A DNA stretch of 64,000 nt from Lama guanicoe. Its lineage: Eukaryota. Below the pieces are notes generated by a model. It was not told the origin of the DNA, searched no databases, and saw nothing but the letters and a program-made list of their open reading frames with translations. The stretch's first letter is position 1, and each line of letters opens with the position of its first letter. The position numbers and the translations under genes were made by a program. The stretch spans positions 3,989,957 to 4,053,956 of the forward strand of contig MU053881.1 in NCBI GenBank assembly GCA_013239625.1. Reading direction: 5' to 3'. This document shows positions 49,141 to 62,235 of the stretch, piece by piece.

Positions 49141-51477
49141 TTTATTCTGCAGACAAAGGACGTCAGATTCCAGTACAGGCACCGTCACTTTCCCCAGCCA
49201 CACCGATGACGCCTGACATCAGGGAGTGACCCCAGAATCATCCCCAGGAAACCTAGAGCCCTTCCTGACACAGCACTCCAGGCAGCCACAGCCAATCAAT
49301 CAGAGATGAAACATCAAGATGGGAACTGTTGGACAGCCCTGACGTAGGCTGGGGAGACATTCATACCCCGCTGCCAGGCTCACATTCGTGCTTAAGGAAA
49401 ATTACTCTGATCTAGAGATAGTAAAAAAAAAAAACAAAAAACAAAACAAAACAAAAAAAACCCCAGCTTTCCCCAGTCCTAAAACATTTCATTTTCAATC
49501 ACAAAGGACACAGATGCATCCAATTTAGTTTAAAAGGCATTTATTGAGCACTTACTATGTTTAAGGCATTGGGCTGGAAAAATAAATAAGACCATTGCTG
49601 CCCCCAACGAGTTTACTGTCGACCTGGTAACGTGAAGTCTTTGACTCAAAAAGCCCATTTGGCAGGGATATTCCTTGAGCCTGGCACTGCTTCGCCTGGG
49701 CAGTCTCACGTCTCAGCGACTCTGGGAGCTGGTGTTATCTCCGCTTCACAGATAATGAAACAAGACTTGGAGAAATGAACTAGCTCACCCAAGTTTGCCC
49801 GGCCAGTATTTGAGCCAAAATCCAAAGTCCTATCAGTGCGTCGGGCACTGCACCGTGCCGCCTCCTTGAGAAAGATTACATGATTTTATTTATTTATTTT
49901 TTTCCTCTCCCATTCTGTCCACGTGCTCAGCAATTGAAGAGTGGAACGAGAATTGATGGATAGGCAGGCAATTCGCTTCTCTGCTACGAAAAGCACATCC
50001 CACGTTCAGGCTGCCCTAAATTACATACCGGTTAGTCGCCTCAGAGATTCTTGCTTTGGCGGGGGTCTGTTGTCTGTCTCTCTTATCTCTTCAGGATGCT
50101 TTGGCCAGCCAAGCAGAATGCTTATCTGGCAGCTTTAGGGCTTTGGAAAAAAAGTTTCTGCTGTGCAGAGTGTGCCCTTCCCTGGGGGCCTGCATGACAC
50201 AGAATTCTTTCTAATTCATACCTCCCAGCTCGAAGAAGCAGCCAGAAGCCTGGTCTGTCCCCTGGGAAAGGAACTTAGGGCTACACCCAAACCCAGGTTA
50301 CCCCACAGTTCACACGGCCCCCCCACAAGTCACCTGATGAGCATGGACAGGATTTCCACCTCTGACTCCCATTTCATCTTTAGTTACTATTTCTTCTTCC
50401 ATCCAGTAAAGATGGAAGACGTAGGAAGTGTGCATGACTTACTCAAGGTCACACAGCCCTTAACTGGCAGAACTGAGATTCAAACCTTGGTCTGTTGGAC
50501 CCTGTCTTGTTTTAAGACGCACATTCACATAGCAAATGCTACCTCTGTTTCTGCCCATGTAGGGGGAATGGAGTGGGGAGATAATGGTACCCATGGATGT
50601 ATGTTCATACGCTGACGGCTTTCTCTAGTCACAACGTGGCTTCCAGACCAGAAGCTTTCACTTCGCCTGGGAGCTCATTAGAAATGCAAATTCTTGGGCC
50701 CTTCCACACACCAACTACAGCTTAACAAGGGTTAAACAAGAGTTTAGCAAGAGTGATTTGTATGTACACTAATTCTTAAGATCTCCACAAGACACCAGAA
50801 ATGCATTAAATTTATTGATTTTTTTCCATTCACCACAGGCTCTTTACTTACATATGGACACAGCTGGTAGGTCTAGGCATGGTACCCACGCATCCATCTC
50901 TACGTCTCCTTACAGATAGCGGCCTGTTTCTTGGGAACAAAATCCCAATTCAAGAGGAAGATGCTCCCAGTTAGCTAATTAGACTCATGTTTCTATTCTC
51001 TCTCTCTCGCCCTTTTTTGCCACTGACTTAACGTTTGATTCATAGGCTTATTTGCCTCCTTTCTCTTCCTTCAAGCCGGCCCTCATAAGTGATGCTTCTT
51101 AAATTCAAACATTAAATTTAAGCTGCCCGATGCCTGCTTAAAAATCACCAGGGGTGCCCTGCTGTTTATCCAGTCAAGTCCCCACTTTCCCGGCTCTACA
51201 TGCAATGTCCTCCAAGGTCAGGCACTTGTTTACTTTTTCAAATTCATTTGCTCCCTCCTCTCCCGACCCATTTCCCACCTTACACCGGGTAATGAGCCAC
51301 CCAGAATCCTACGTGTCCTCTACAGCCCAGCAGTGCAGCCCAGCCTATGCCTCCCCTTGCCAGAAAATGTTTTTTGCCCCTGTGCTGCCATTCAGACCCT
51401 GCTGGAACATTTGAAAAGCCTCCCCCTTCTTCTGGAAGGGTAAGTTGCTCCCCGCCACATCATCCCACAGACCATCG

Positions 51478-51670
51478 AAGCGGTTCTCAAATATTAATGA
51501 GCATCAGAGTCGCCTGGAGGGCTTGTTAAAACACAGGCTGCCTGGCCCACCCCAGGGTTTCAGCTTCAGGAGTTCTGCCCGGGGATGGGGGCAGGTATCC
51601 CCATTTCTAACAGTTTCCGAACTAACCCTGAGGCTGCTGGTCTGGGGTGATCACTTTGGAAAGCCATTTG
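51478..51670. mobile_element. MER5A hAT-Charlie DNA transposon
   Basis: cggttctcaa...gcatcagagtcgcctggagggcttgttaaaacacag...catttctaaca...gctgctggtctgggg...cactttggaaagcca. Confidence 0.85.
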
Positions 51671-52712
51671 TAACACAGAGACAGCAGCGACATCACATGG
51701 CCAGGAGCAGTTTTCCCGTTCTGCCTCTACCACGGGACCCTGAGTTCCTCAGGAACGGCCGTTCCCATTCAGTCATCGAATGAGAGAACTGGCCAGCGTG
51801 GTGCGGTATGTCCTGAAAGGGTCCTGGCTGGAGTCTTGTCTCCCCAACTCAGTATCACGGAAGCATTTCTTCATCTAAGGAGAAAATGTATCATAAGGGG
51901 CTCCCTATCGCATCATATGTGGTCGATGGATGCTAATGAAAGGAAGGAAGGAAGGAGGGAAGGGAGGAAGAGAAGTCAGCTGAAGTCCTGGCTTCCTGGG
52001 CTGCGAGCTCAGTGTGCAGGAAGCATTTCGTGGGGGCCTTTAGCACCAAGCAAAGCCCGAGTGGAATTTTACAAGCAGAGCCCAGAGCAGCTGTGTGATT
52101 TGGAAACATTCAAGCGCTCTAAGCTTTGTGGTCCCAGAGGGTGCAGGGAGCATCTTCCACTCTGATGAGTAACCGAGAAGACACTCAGACCTTGCTAAGT
52201 AGAAATATTTGCCTGGAGAACATTTTCCAGGGTGGGGTGGATTGGCAATCCCGGGTGTGAGGTGGGTTTCAGAAGTGGACCGACTAGCAAGTGCTGGAGG
52301 CAGAGACCAGCACGAGGAGAGTCACTGGTGGGGAGCCTGGTGGCTCTGGTTGACACCGAGAGCTGGGACTCGGAACACTCAGCGACTCAGCCAGGAAGAA
52401 AGGAATGAGCTGAGCACTCAGAGAGCCCCGGACCCTGCAGCAGGCTGCACAAATGCCAGATGCTCTGGCCGTCACTCTTCTCTCCATGCCTGGGGTGGGT
52501 TTTCCTAGTTTGTCCAGGTCCTCCTTTCTGCCCGGCCCAGACTCTAACTCAAAACTCAACTCCAACCCTTCTCAGAAGGGTCCACCAGCAGCCAAGACCC
52601 AAAAATCCAAGTCAGCACGCAGGAAAACCACAAACCTGTAAAACCTGGGACAGGGCTTCCATTGCACAGCGCCATCCAACAGGACCCTCGTGATGATGGG
52701 ACCGTCCTGAGG

Positions 52713-53055
52713 AGCGCTGTCCAACTCGGTGGCCGCTGGGCCCTTGAAATGCAGCCAGTGGACGTGAGCAACTGAATGTTTGGTTGGGTTTCATTTTAAT
52801 TGATGAAAAGTTAAATTTAGATAGCCATTTTGATTTTTTTTACATGTAGCTGTCCAGCTGATTTGGTTAAAAACGAAACAACAAAACAAAACCACGAAAA
52901 TCCTCTCCTTTCCTCAGTGATTTACCCAAGCACACCTTTATGACTTTTTCCCATTCTTGACCTGCCTTGAGATGCCACCATTTAAATTTAAATTGATGAA
53001 AATGAAACAAAAGTAAGAATTCAGTTTCTCAGTTGCGCTCGCCATGCTCTGAGAG
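52713..53055. mobile_element. Two MER3-like hAT fragments in inverted orientation
   Basis: agcgctgtccaa...cttgaaatgcagccagtg...ttaaatttagatagcca and, reversed, tttaaatttaaattg...aattcagtttctcagttgcgctcgcca. Confidence 0.65.
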
Positions 53056-53867
53056 ATCCTGCCTTCACGTCTCTGTCTGTGCTAGAGTTTTGGGCATTTC
53101 ACTCATTGAGGGAGCTTTCCCAGTGGAAGACCTAGGCCAATAGTCCCCAGTGTGAGCACTGACTGCAAGCTATGAGCGAGCAGAAGGCATGGTCACAGCG
53201 AACAAGCGGTGAAATCCCCCAGAGCAGGATCTGGAAGACCTGACTGTGCAGGGCAGACGCTGCAGTGCATGGGGCTGCTGGAGGACGAGTCTGCATGCCC
53301 ACCTACCCTGACGCCCCTCTGCACCAGCAGCCAGAGATGCTCTCTTGGGGTAACCATCACACTCCCCTGAGAGGTCAGACTCACTCCCCCAAAGGACAGA
53401 GGAAGAATCTGAGGCTCAGAGAAACTATCTCATGCAGCCTATGCTGGTGGAGGAAGAATCAGACCCAAGTCTGACTCCAACACCCAAGCTCTTTTTATTC
53501 TGCAACATGCCCTCCCTCTTCCATGCCACCCCCGCCCCCTGGGGATGTTGGTTGGAGAAACACTGCTTGGGTGAGGTTAGTCAAGGCATCCACTACAACG
53601 CAGTCCACCTTGGAATCATTTCTAGCACTAAAGGGCCATTTCCAAGTTCCACTCACAGCCCATTTGTACCAAGCTACCAGTACATTTGTATGGTGATCCA
53701 CAAGTTCAAAGTGTGAATCCCAGAGGATGAGGGATTTAAAACAAACAACAACAAAAAAGTGGCCTTTGAAGACAAATGACCATACAATATTCCAAGGCAG
53801 AGAGAATGCTGTAGAATTGTCACATACAGAAGCAGGTTTGTAACTACTTGGATAATTAGTAATAATA

Positions 53868-54357
53868 ATAGTTTTCTATTGCTGTTGTAACAAATTACCA
53901 CAAACTGAGTGACTTAAAACAAGGCAAAGTTATTCTCCTACAGTTCTGAAGGTCAGAAGTCCTAAAAATCAAGCTGTCAGTAGAGGTGTGTTTTTCCTGA
54001 AGGTTTGGGGAAAGCAACCCATTTCCTTGCCTTTTTCAGCGTCTAGAAGCTGTCTGTATTCCTTGGCTCGTGATCCCATCCTCCATCTTTAAAACTCACA
54101 GTGTTTTACCTTCCAGTCTCTCTCTCTCTGCTTTCATCATCACATCACCTTTTCTGTCCGTGACCTTCTTGCTTCCTTCTTATAAGAACCCTTTGGTTAC
54201 ATTTAGACCCCACCCAGATAATCCAGGACAGTCTCCTCACCAAGATCCTTAACAGATCATATCTGCAAAGTCCCACTTGCCATGTAAGCCAACATATTCA
54301 CAGGTTCCGGGAATTAGGATGTGGACACTTGAGGGGAGCATTATTCAGCCCATGACA
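53868..54357 (-). mobile_element. MLT1B/C-like MaLR LTR
   Basis: gttttctattgctgttgtaacaaattaccacaaac...atctgcaaagtcccacttgccatgtaa...aattaggatgtggaca...cattattcagcc. Confidence 0.9.
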
Positions 54358-55621
54358 AATAATAATAACAAAACAGTATCTCCCTTAATCAAACCCTCCC
54401 ACTGCTGAGAAAACACGGGCTGGGGTTGTTTCTCATCCGCTCAGCCACCCTACAGAGGAGACTTTAGAGAAGAGAGTCCCCCGTTGTCATACACTTAGTA
54501 AGTCATATCTCAAGGACTTGAACCTTGGTCCCTCTCTCTCAAGGCCACCTGATTTTTCCTTTTGCCAGGTTATCACCATGGAGAATTTCCCCAGGCTGAG
54601 GGCTGGACTGGTGCTCATGTTACCTCCTTGGTATCACCGCCTCTCTTCACCCTGACACATGGGCACTTCCCTTGCAGTTTAGAGGTGAAGAAACTGAGGT
54701 CTGCAAAGGGGAGGTGATATACCGAGATCAGAGAATGCATTCATAACAGAACGGGATGACTCTCAAACCCCCCGCCTTTTCCCTGGACACTGAGGGTCCC
54801 ATGGCCATGGCTCATGGTGGCCGCACTGGTCTCAGGAATGGCCCACAGTGGGCTCAGTTACCTCAGGTACTCTGCCTTCATCTCAGTCGGTCTGCAGGTG
54901 CCAAAGAAGAGGGGCTCTCCACGCCTTGCCACCAGCTGTATTCATCAGCTGGAATGGCTTTATATTCCACTTGCTAAATTGGATTGCTTTCAGAAAAGGC
55001 TGGGGCGGCAGATAAAAGCAGATTTTATGGCCATCCAATCAGAGGAAGTTGAATTTCGTTTGAGCAGGTGAGACTGGATGTCTTTCAGCTTTCTCTTTTA
55101 AAACCTGGGGGAAGCACTTAGATGCTGAGGCCAATCCATCAGGCTTTAGGAGGCTTTTTTATTAGTCACTTACAGCAAACATTTTCCCCTTTACAGATGG
55201 TTACCTATTGCAATAAAAATCTCCATCTAGGCTTAATGCCAGGCTGAGACTTGGAAAGCAAGGGGGAATGGAAATGGTAGCATCTCATTCCAAGTTGAGA
55301 ATGAGAGAATTCACAAAGGCACCAGGGAAATTCAAAGGAGAAAGAGGAGACGTTCCAAAAAAAATGGTGCTGGAACAGCTGGATGTCCACATGCAAAAAA
55401 TTAATTTCAACACTCATTTTACATTATATACAAAATCGACTCAAAACAGGTCACAGATTTCAGTGTAAAATCCAAAACTATAAAACACCTAGAAGAAAAC
55501 TGAAGAAAATATCTGTGACCTTGATTTAGGCAAAAATTTTTACAGACAGCACACAAAAAGCCAAAGCCACAAAAGAGAAAAATGGATAAAATGGATTTCA
55601 TTCAAAGTAAACATCTTCTTA

Positions 55622-55693
55622 GGAGGGAGGGGATAGTTCAAGCAGTAGAGTGCATGCTTAGCACACACAAGGTCCTGGATTCAATCCCTAGTA
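55622..55693 (+). mobile_element. Vic-1-type SINE, tRNA-like head only
   Basis: gggaggggatagttcaagcagtagagtgcatgcttagcacacacaaggtcctggattcaatccctagta, homologous to the head of the SINE at 20851-20996. Confidence 0.8.
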
Positions 55694-55836
55694 AACAGAA
55701 ATTTATTCAAAGTAAAGATACAGATGGCAAATAAGCACATGAAAAAGTGCTCACTATCACCAGCAATTTGGTCAATGCAAATTTAAACCACAATGAGATA
55801 CTTCTGCACACCCATTGCAATGGTAAAAGCAAACAC

Positions 55837-56165
55837 CGCTATGTTGAAACCTGAACTTCTAAAGGTGGTGGTCTTAGGAGGTGGTGCCTGTGGGAGGTAA
55901 TTAGGTCATGAGGGTGGAGCCCTCGTGAACAGAATTAGTGCCCTTAAAAAGAGAACCCCCTCCCCCCCCAAAAAGAGCTTCCTCATCCTTTCTGCCATTC
56001 AAGGCACAATGAGAAGTCTGCTAACTAGGAGAAGGTCCTCACCTGACCATACTGGCACCTTGATCACAGGCTTCCAGCCTCCAGAACTGTGAGCGATAAA
56101 TTTTTGTTGTCTACAAGCCACCAAGTTTGTGATACTTTGTTATAACAGCCTGAATAGACGAGACA
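55837..56165 (+). mobile_element. MLT1A-like MaLR LTR nested in L1
   Basis: gggaggtaattaggtcatgagggtggagccctcgtgaa...cttccagcctccagaactgtgag...agaca; TSD aacac/aatac. Confidence 0.85.
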
Positions 56166-56550
56166 AATACCAAGTGCTGAAAAGGATGCAGAACCACGGG
56201 AACTCTCAGACAACGTTGGCAGAAATGCGAAATGCTACATCCAGCCACGTTGGAAGAACAGTTTGGTGATTTTTTTTTTTATATAGTCACATGTCTACTA
56301 TGTGACCCTGCAATCTTATTCTAGATATTTAGCCAAAGGAAATAAAGATACATGTGTCAACAAAAGACCAATCTGCAAATGTTCATAGCAGCTTTATTCA
56401 TCAGAAACTAGAAACAACCTAAATATTCTTCAACTGTTGTATAAATTGTACATCTACACAATGCAATGCTACTAAAAACAGATCAGCTACTGATATATAC
56501 AACATGGATGATTCTCAAAGACATTACGTTAATGGAAAGAAGCCAGATAC

Positions 56551-57186
56551 TCTTCATTCCTTTGCTAACTGTTTAAGTTTAAAAAGCTAAAGCTCTAAAC
56601 GTTCTTAAAAACAATGAACAGTACATACATGTAAATTTAAAAATACATGTGCAGTAAAAAAAAAAAAAGATCTGTGAAGCCATGAAAGACATAGAAGAAA
56701 CTTACAAGACATATTACTAAGTGAAAACAGCCGGTCTGAAAAGGCTACAAACTGTATGATTCCAACCAAATGACGTTGTGGAAAAGGCACAGCGACAGAA
56801 ACAGTAGAAACATAGTGGTTTTCAGGGGTTTGGAGAGAGGGAGGGAGGCAGGAATGAATAGATGGAGCACAAGGGATTTTTAGGGCAATGAAATACTTCT
56901 GTAGGATACTGTAGTGGTGGCTACATGTCATTACACATTTGTCAAAACCCATAGAATGTACAACATCAAGAGTGAACCCTAATGTAAACTATGGACTTTG
57001 GTTGATAATAATGTGCCCATGTGAGTTCATCGATTGTACCAAATACGCCACACTGATGAGGGGTGTTGAGGGAGGAGAGTATATATGTGTTGGTGGGGAG
57101 GGTTATATGCAAACTCTGTATTTTCTGCTCAGTTCTGCTGTGAACCTGAAACTGCTCTAAAAGAATAAAGTTTATTTTTAGAAAAA
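56551..57186 (+). mobile_element. L1MC1-like 3' end nested in the older L1
   Basis: cattacacatttgtcaaaacccatagaatgtacaacatcaagagtgaaccctaatgtaaactatggactttgg...aaactgctctaaaagaataaag; TSD gaaagaagccagatac (56535-56550) / gaaagaagccagacac (57187-57202). Confidence 0.85.
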
Positions 57187-58284
57187 GAAAGAAGCCAGAC
57201 ACAAAAGGCTACACACAGTACAATTTTATTTGTATGATAATCTGGAGAGAAAAACCGAAACCCGAGGGACAGAAATCAGCTGAATGGGCTGGGAGGAGGG
57301 GAGGGGAGGCACTGACAACGTGGGAAAACTTTCTAGGGTGATGGAAATGTTCTGTATCTGGACTATGGTCATGATTACATAGTTCTAAACTTTGTCAAAG
57401 TGCATTGAATTGTACACCTAAGAAGGATATATTTTACTGTTTGTAAATTAAATCTCAGTAAACATAACTTTGAACAAAAGGACTGGAAGCATTCAGATTC
57501 TGCTCTTCCCCCCCGTCATAATATATAGAAGTGGTCATAGAGATGAGAAAGCCATCAGTACAATTACTTCAATTGTAGAAATTTATATTGTAGCCCATGC
57601 ATTTGTTATCAAGCATCATAGTCCTGTATACCCCAGAGCACAAAGCCTGTGACATTGGATAATCTTTCTGTCATTATCTTCCATTTCTATCATCACAAAA
57701 AAAAAAAAGGACTTTCATTTTCCAAAAGGTCCTTTTTCTGGAAAAAAATAATATTTGACTTCTTGCTACCTTGTTTGAATCCACAGTGGAATAGAGGCAG
57801 CTTACAAGAATGCTTTCAGTAAAGCCGTGGCTATAAATAAAAAAAATCAGGGCCAAAGAAAATATACATCACACGAGAAAGTCAAGAATATGGAGGAAGC
57901 AGGAAGGTGCATTTCATGGGCCTCACATACTCATTTAGCTGGGAGTTTCCTGATGGCTGGGAGATGGGAGGGAAATGGAAAAACTAATTAGTCAAGTAAC
58001 TTACACATCACGTAATCAGAAACCTCTAGCTCTTCAGTGGCAGAAAGTGATACGAAGGTAGGACAAACCGCAGATGGTTTTCTCAGCATCTTCCCTCATT
58101 TCTAACTGGTTTTGATCCGGACAGCGTTAACTCAGCTGGGAAATCCAGGAGCAGACATGGTCTCAGCTTCTCCATCTCTGGCACCTGCCCTGTGCCACCA
58201 GGTTTCTGTTCCAATGGTCTCCTCTCCTCCAGCCACATGGTTCCTCAAAGAAAAGCAGCGTGGACTCCAGAAAAGGCCCCAGAC

Positions 58285-58445
58285 CAGAAGAAGACTGGGT
58301 TCTGGGGTTCAGGCTTGCTCTGGACACGGACTGGGTTGTTGCATGGATTTGCACAGGCTATATAGTTCTCTGTACCTCAGTGTCCCCAGTTGTAAAATGG
58401 GCATATCCATCCTAGGAAGATTGCTGTGAGAATTCAGTTAACAAA
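58285..58445 (+). mobile_element. MIR SINE
   Basis: gactgggttc...ctctgtacctcagtgtccccagttgtaaaatggg...ttgctgtgagaatt. Confidence 0.7.
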
Positions 58446-60779
58446 TGTGACAGCTGTGCAGGAGATGAGAGTGAGCCAAAGGATGGAGACCTTCTCCCAG
58501 GAGGGAGCTGACATAAGAACAAAGTTCACTTACTGAAGAGGGGAGGGTGGAAAAATATGGGTCTTTAATTAGATACCTGACCTGCTGAATTAGCCAACCC
58601 AAAGAGAGCTGCCTCACTTCCAGAGTTCTTAGGATGTGAAATAATACGTTTCCTTATTGCTTGAACTAGAGCCAAAATTATCCTAAGTCACCTCCTGTCT
58701 GAGACCTGATAATGCTTAGCCAAAACCACTTTTCCTTCCAGCAACAGTAAAAAATAAAAACCCAAAAAACAGAACACTCATATTATACATAGAAGCTTAT
58801 TTAGAGTTTGGATCAGAGTCCATTTTTACATATCAAGTTGGAGAAAATTGAATTCACCCAATCTCCTCTTAGAAAGTGATAGCTGTCTTCGTGGGGAAAA
58901 TAGTTTGATATGTGTTTGAGGTCAGAGAGAATGCAGAGCATTTGAACTTGAGCAGAATGGAGGCGAGGACATCATTTGTTGCTTGGGATGGTGTGAAGTG
59001 GTGGCGTAAGGGGGGAAAAGAGGGAAGGGAGCCAGGAGGTGGCAGAGAGCTAGGAGCCACATGGTGTCATGGCTTCTGCTGGACACCCACCCCTGCAGCC
59101 CCCCACGTCTCCCCAGTCTAGTTCAGTGCACAAAAATCACAAAATGCTAATGAAAGCGGACCACCTGTAGTAACCAGGGACAGAGCTGATTTTGGTCTCT
59201 AGGAGGTTAGAGGGTGCAATTACAGCACACGAAAAAGCAAGCGTATGACACAGAAAGACCCACAACAAGTAAATCCCCGTGAGTTTACCCTCAAATCGAA
59301 CAGACATTTGATTCTCATTAGACTTAATTTTGGTGCCTGAGCAGTAGGGAGCCCCAGGTTATATCTGGGTTGCATGTCTAGTTACGTTACTATTTCTAAC
59401 ACCTGTTTCTGTGCCACAAATTACGCTGGGCTATCTGACTTAAACTCTTCCAAAATTTGGACCCCCATTCCATCAGTGATTCTTGTTCTGAGCACTCTTA
59501 CTTTAAGTTAGTCTTCCTCACTCTGTGGCCAGTGCAAACCACATTCACCAGCCCCTTTTGGAAAATCATAGCCTTCTGATTCTCAGCCTTCCAACAGAAC
59601 TCTTCCCTTCCTATCTTGCTTATAGCTCTTTCTCTTACGTCACCATGACATTATTGCTCCTAGAGTTTTCAGCATCTTGAGGGTTTGAATAAAGCCTTTC
59701 TGAAGGAAATGCCTTTGCAGCAGAATTTCCCAACGTGGGCATTCAGACCTGCCATTTGCATAAGTAAGCAGTCGTTTGTACAGATGAAATGAGCAGTTAC
59801 ACATGTGCAGATAGGTCCTAATAGGTACCGTATGCTTCAATTACCCATTTTCCCAGCACTCCCCCCCACCCCCGGACTGATTGGTTATTAATGCAACAGA
59901 TGGAGCCATTTAGCACTCGCACACTCCTCAAATGCCACCCTTCCCCTCCTCTTCCCAGACCCACAAGCCTCTCTTGGCATCCTCCACGTCTTTGTCATTG
60001 AGGAATAAATGCCACTCAGCAGGATCCAACTCATGCCCTTAGTTCCGCTGACAGTCAAATTGCGTTTCCTCAACGAGAGTGCCACTGGGGAAACCCAACA
60101 GGCTTCATTGTCAAGGAGACTCTCAACGGACAAAAACTGGGTTTTTAAATTGCATCCTCCGTAAAAAGCTGGCTTGTTTGGAGTTCTGTCAGCGGGAAGT
60201 CTTCGAAGTGTCTGAAATTCAGGGATAATTGAAGGTTGCTAAGTTGACCCAGAGTTTGGATGAGATGCTGGCTCCCTTGTGCACCATCATGGTTGTATTG
60301 ATAATGTTCGGCACCCCCATCAGACCATCAGAGGCTTGGAAAGCTTTAGAGATGAAAGCAAACGGGAAGTTGTATAGGCCAGTGGATTTTAAGCTGACTT
60401 CTTTGGAACCCGGGGGGTCCACAGAGGTACCTAAGGGCAGGAAAAGTCTGACTGGCAGGGATCCTGCCCTTAAAGCCCTGCTTTAACCAGCCCTGTTCCG
60501 TTTTTACCTTGTGGTCTTTATTATTTACTTGGCGTATTCATATGAATAAAAGATCACACAGCCAAAGTAAGTTGGAAAACCAAATATGTTGTTGGTTTCA
60601 AATCTGACCTTCTGAGATCTTTCTAAGGTCTTGAAGTGATGCAGGTAAGGGAGGTGGTGAAACAGAAGCTATTTTTAAATATTTCACAAAGCTTAGTAGA
60701 GCATCTCCATGTACTGAATGCTCCCCGAAAGGTCAAGCAGTGATCTCATCCATCCCCACCCCCAGCTTCATCTGCCACC

Positions 60780-61790
60780 TCCACAGAGGTGACTCACCAG
60801 CTTGTCCCTCCAGCACAGACCCCTTTTCCAGAATCCAGACCTGAATCAACACTTGTCCAAACCACATCCCCTCTTGTGATTCTCAAGGCATCTCAGCCTT
60901 ATCAGGTACAAACCCAAAAATACAATCTCCTCCTTGTCCCCACAAATGAATTCCTTTTTTGCATTCCCATCTCAAGCAACACAAGGCAATTTTCTCTACT
61001 GAGCTGCATATAAGAGAGCCTTACAAATCACCCTCGACAATGTTCTCTCCCTTTCTTTGCGTGTCTAGACCATCACCAGGTCCTGTCAATTCTCCCTTCT
61101 TAACATCTTCATAAGCCGTTCGCTCTCTCCAGCTCCTCTGATAACCACTCCACGCCAAGAATCACTTGAAGAGGCAACTGTAAAGTTTCCTACCTACTCT
61201 CTGCTTCTGTTCCCCCTCGTCTGCTCCGAACTCCTCCCCACACTGCAGCTGAAGTAGACTTCTGGCAAGACAATTCTGACCCCACCTCACCTCCCCTAAA
61301 ATCACATCACTGTTTTCATATCTCACAATAAGGAACCCAAAGCTCACCAGGGTGCAAAGCTTTACAAGACCAGGCTCCAGCCTCGCTTCTCACCCCCTGC
61401 TCCCTGTGTCCCAGCCATTCTGGCTTTTCATCAATTCCCCATAAGCATCAGGATCCCTTCCACCTTTGCCAGTGTTGTTCCTTCTGCCCGGAATGCTCTT
61501 CCTTCCTTTCTTTGTCTAGTCAACTCCTACTCATCCTTGGGAGCCCAGCTCATGCTCTGTTACGTCTGGCATTCTTAATCAGGTCTCAGGATTCCAGTCC
61601 CTCTTGACCCCTATGCCCCCTTCTCTGCAGGACTTGTGACAGTCTGGTTTCTGAATCATTTGATGAAAATCTAACTCTGCTCTAGATGGTAAACTCCATG
61701 ATAACATGGACCACATCTGCTTCCGTTCATTCCTGTATCTTGAGCATCCAGCACAGGGCCAGCACAGAGCAGATGCTCAACGATATCTGG
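60780..61790 (+). mobile_element. L2 LINE 3' ~1 kb relic
   Basis: caaggcatctca...ccatcaccaggtcctgtcaattc...ccagccattctggc...gttccttctgcccggaatgctcttcc...cagcacagagcagatgctcaa. Confidence 0.8.
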
Positions 61791-62074
61791 GAGACAGAGG
61801 AAGGGAGATATTCCTGCTGTGGCTTAGAAATAGCCTATGTTTTCTCTGATGTCACATTGATAATCTTATGCCAACCAGAAGCTCCCAAGAGCATCAGTGT
61901 TTAAAAATGAAGAAATGCAGTAATGATTACTCCTGTTAAGTAGATTTCTTTTGCAGGCAGAATCTTTCAAAATAAGTTGGAAAAACAAAATAGAAGCGGT
62001 CCTTGATGGAGCGTTCAAAACCACCCATGCCACCCAACCCCTTTATTTCTCCAAATTGTTTGTTCAGGCTTTTA

Positions 62075-62235
62075 CATGCACAGTCTCATAGAATCCTCTG
62101 AGCAACCTCAGGGGCTGGTTGATTATCTTTTTTTCTTTTTTAATAAAAGGGGAAACTGAGGATCAGTCATTAAGCAACCTGCTCAACTGCCACAGCTAGA
62201 AGGTGAAGAAACCAGGATTCTAACCTGCATCTGTC
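62075..62235 (-). mobile_element. MIR SINE
   Basis: ggggaaactgaggatcag...taagcaacctgctc...cacagctagaagg...aaccaggattctaacc. Confidence 0.75.

Larger units (their letters stand above)
55310..57470 (+). mobile_element. Old L1M(B/C) element (ORF2 3' region plus 3' UTR) hosting three nested insertions
   Basis: aaatggtgctggaacagctggatgtccacatgcaaaaaa...aaaccacaatgagata...aatgttcatagcagctttattca...gggtgatggaaatgttctgtatct. Confidence 0.85.
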
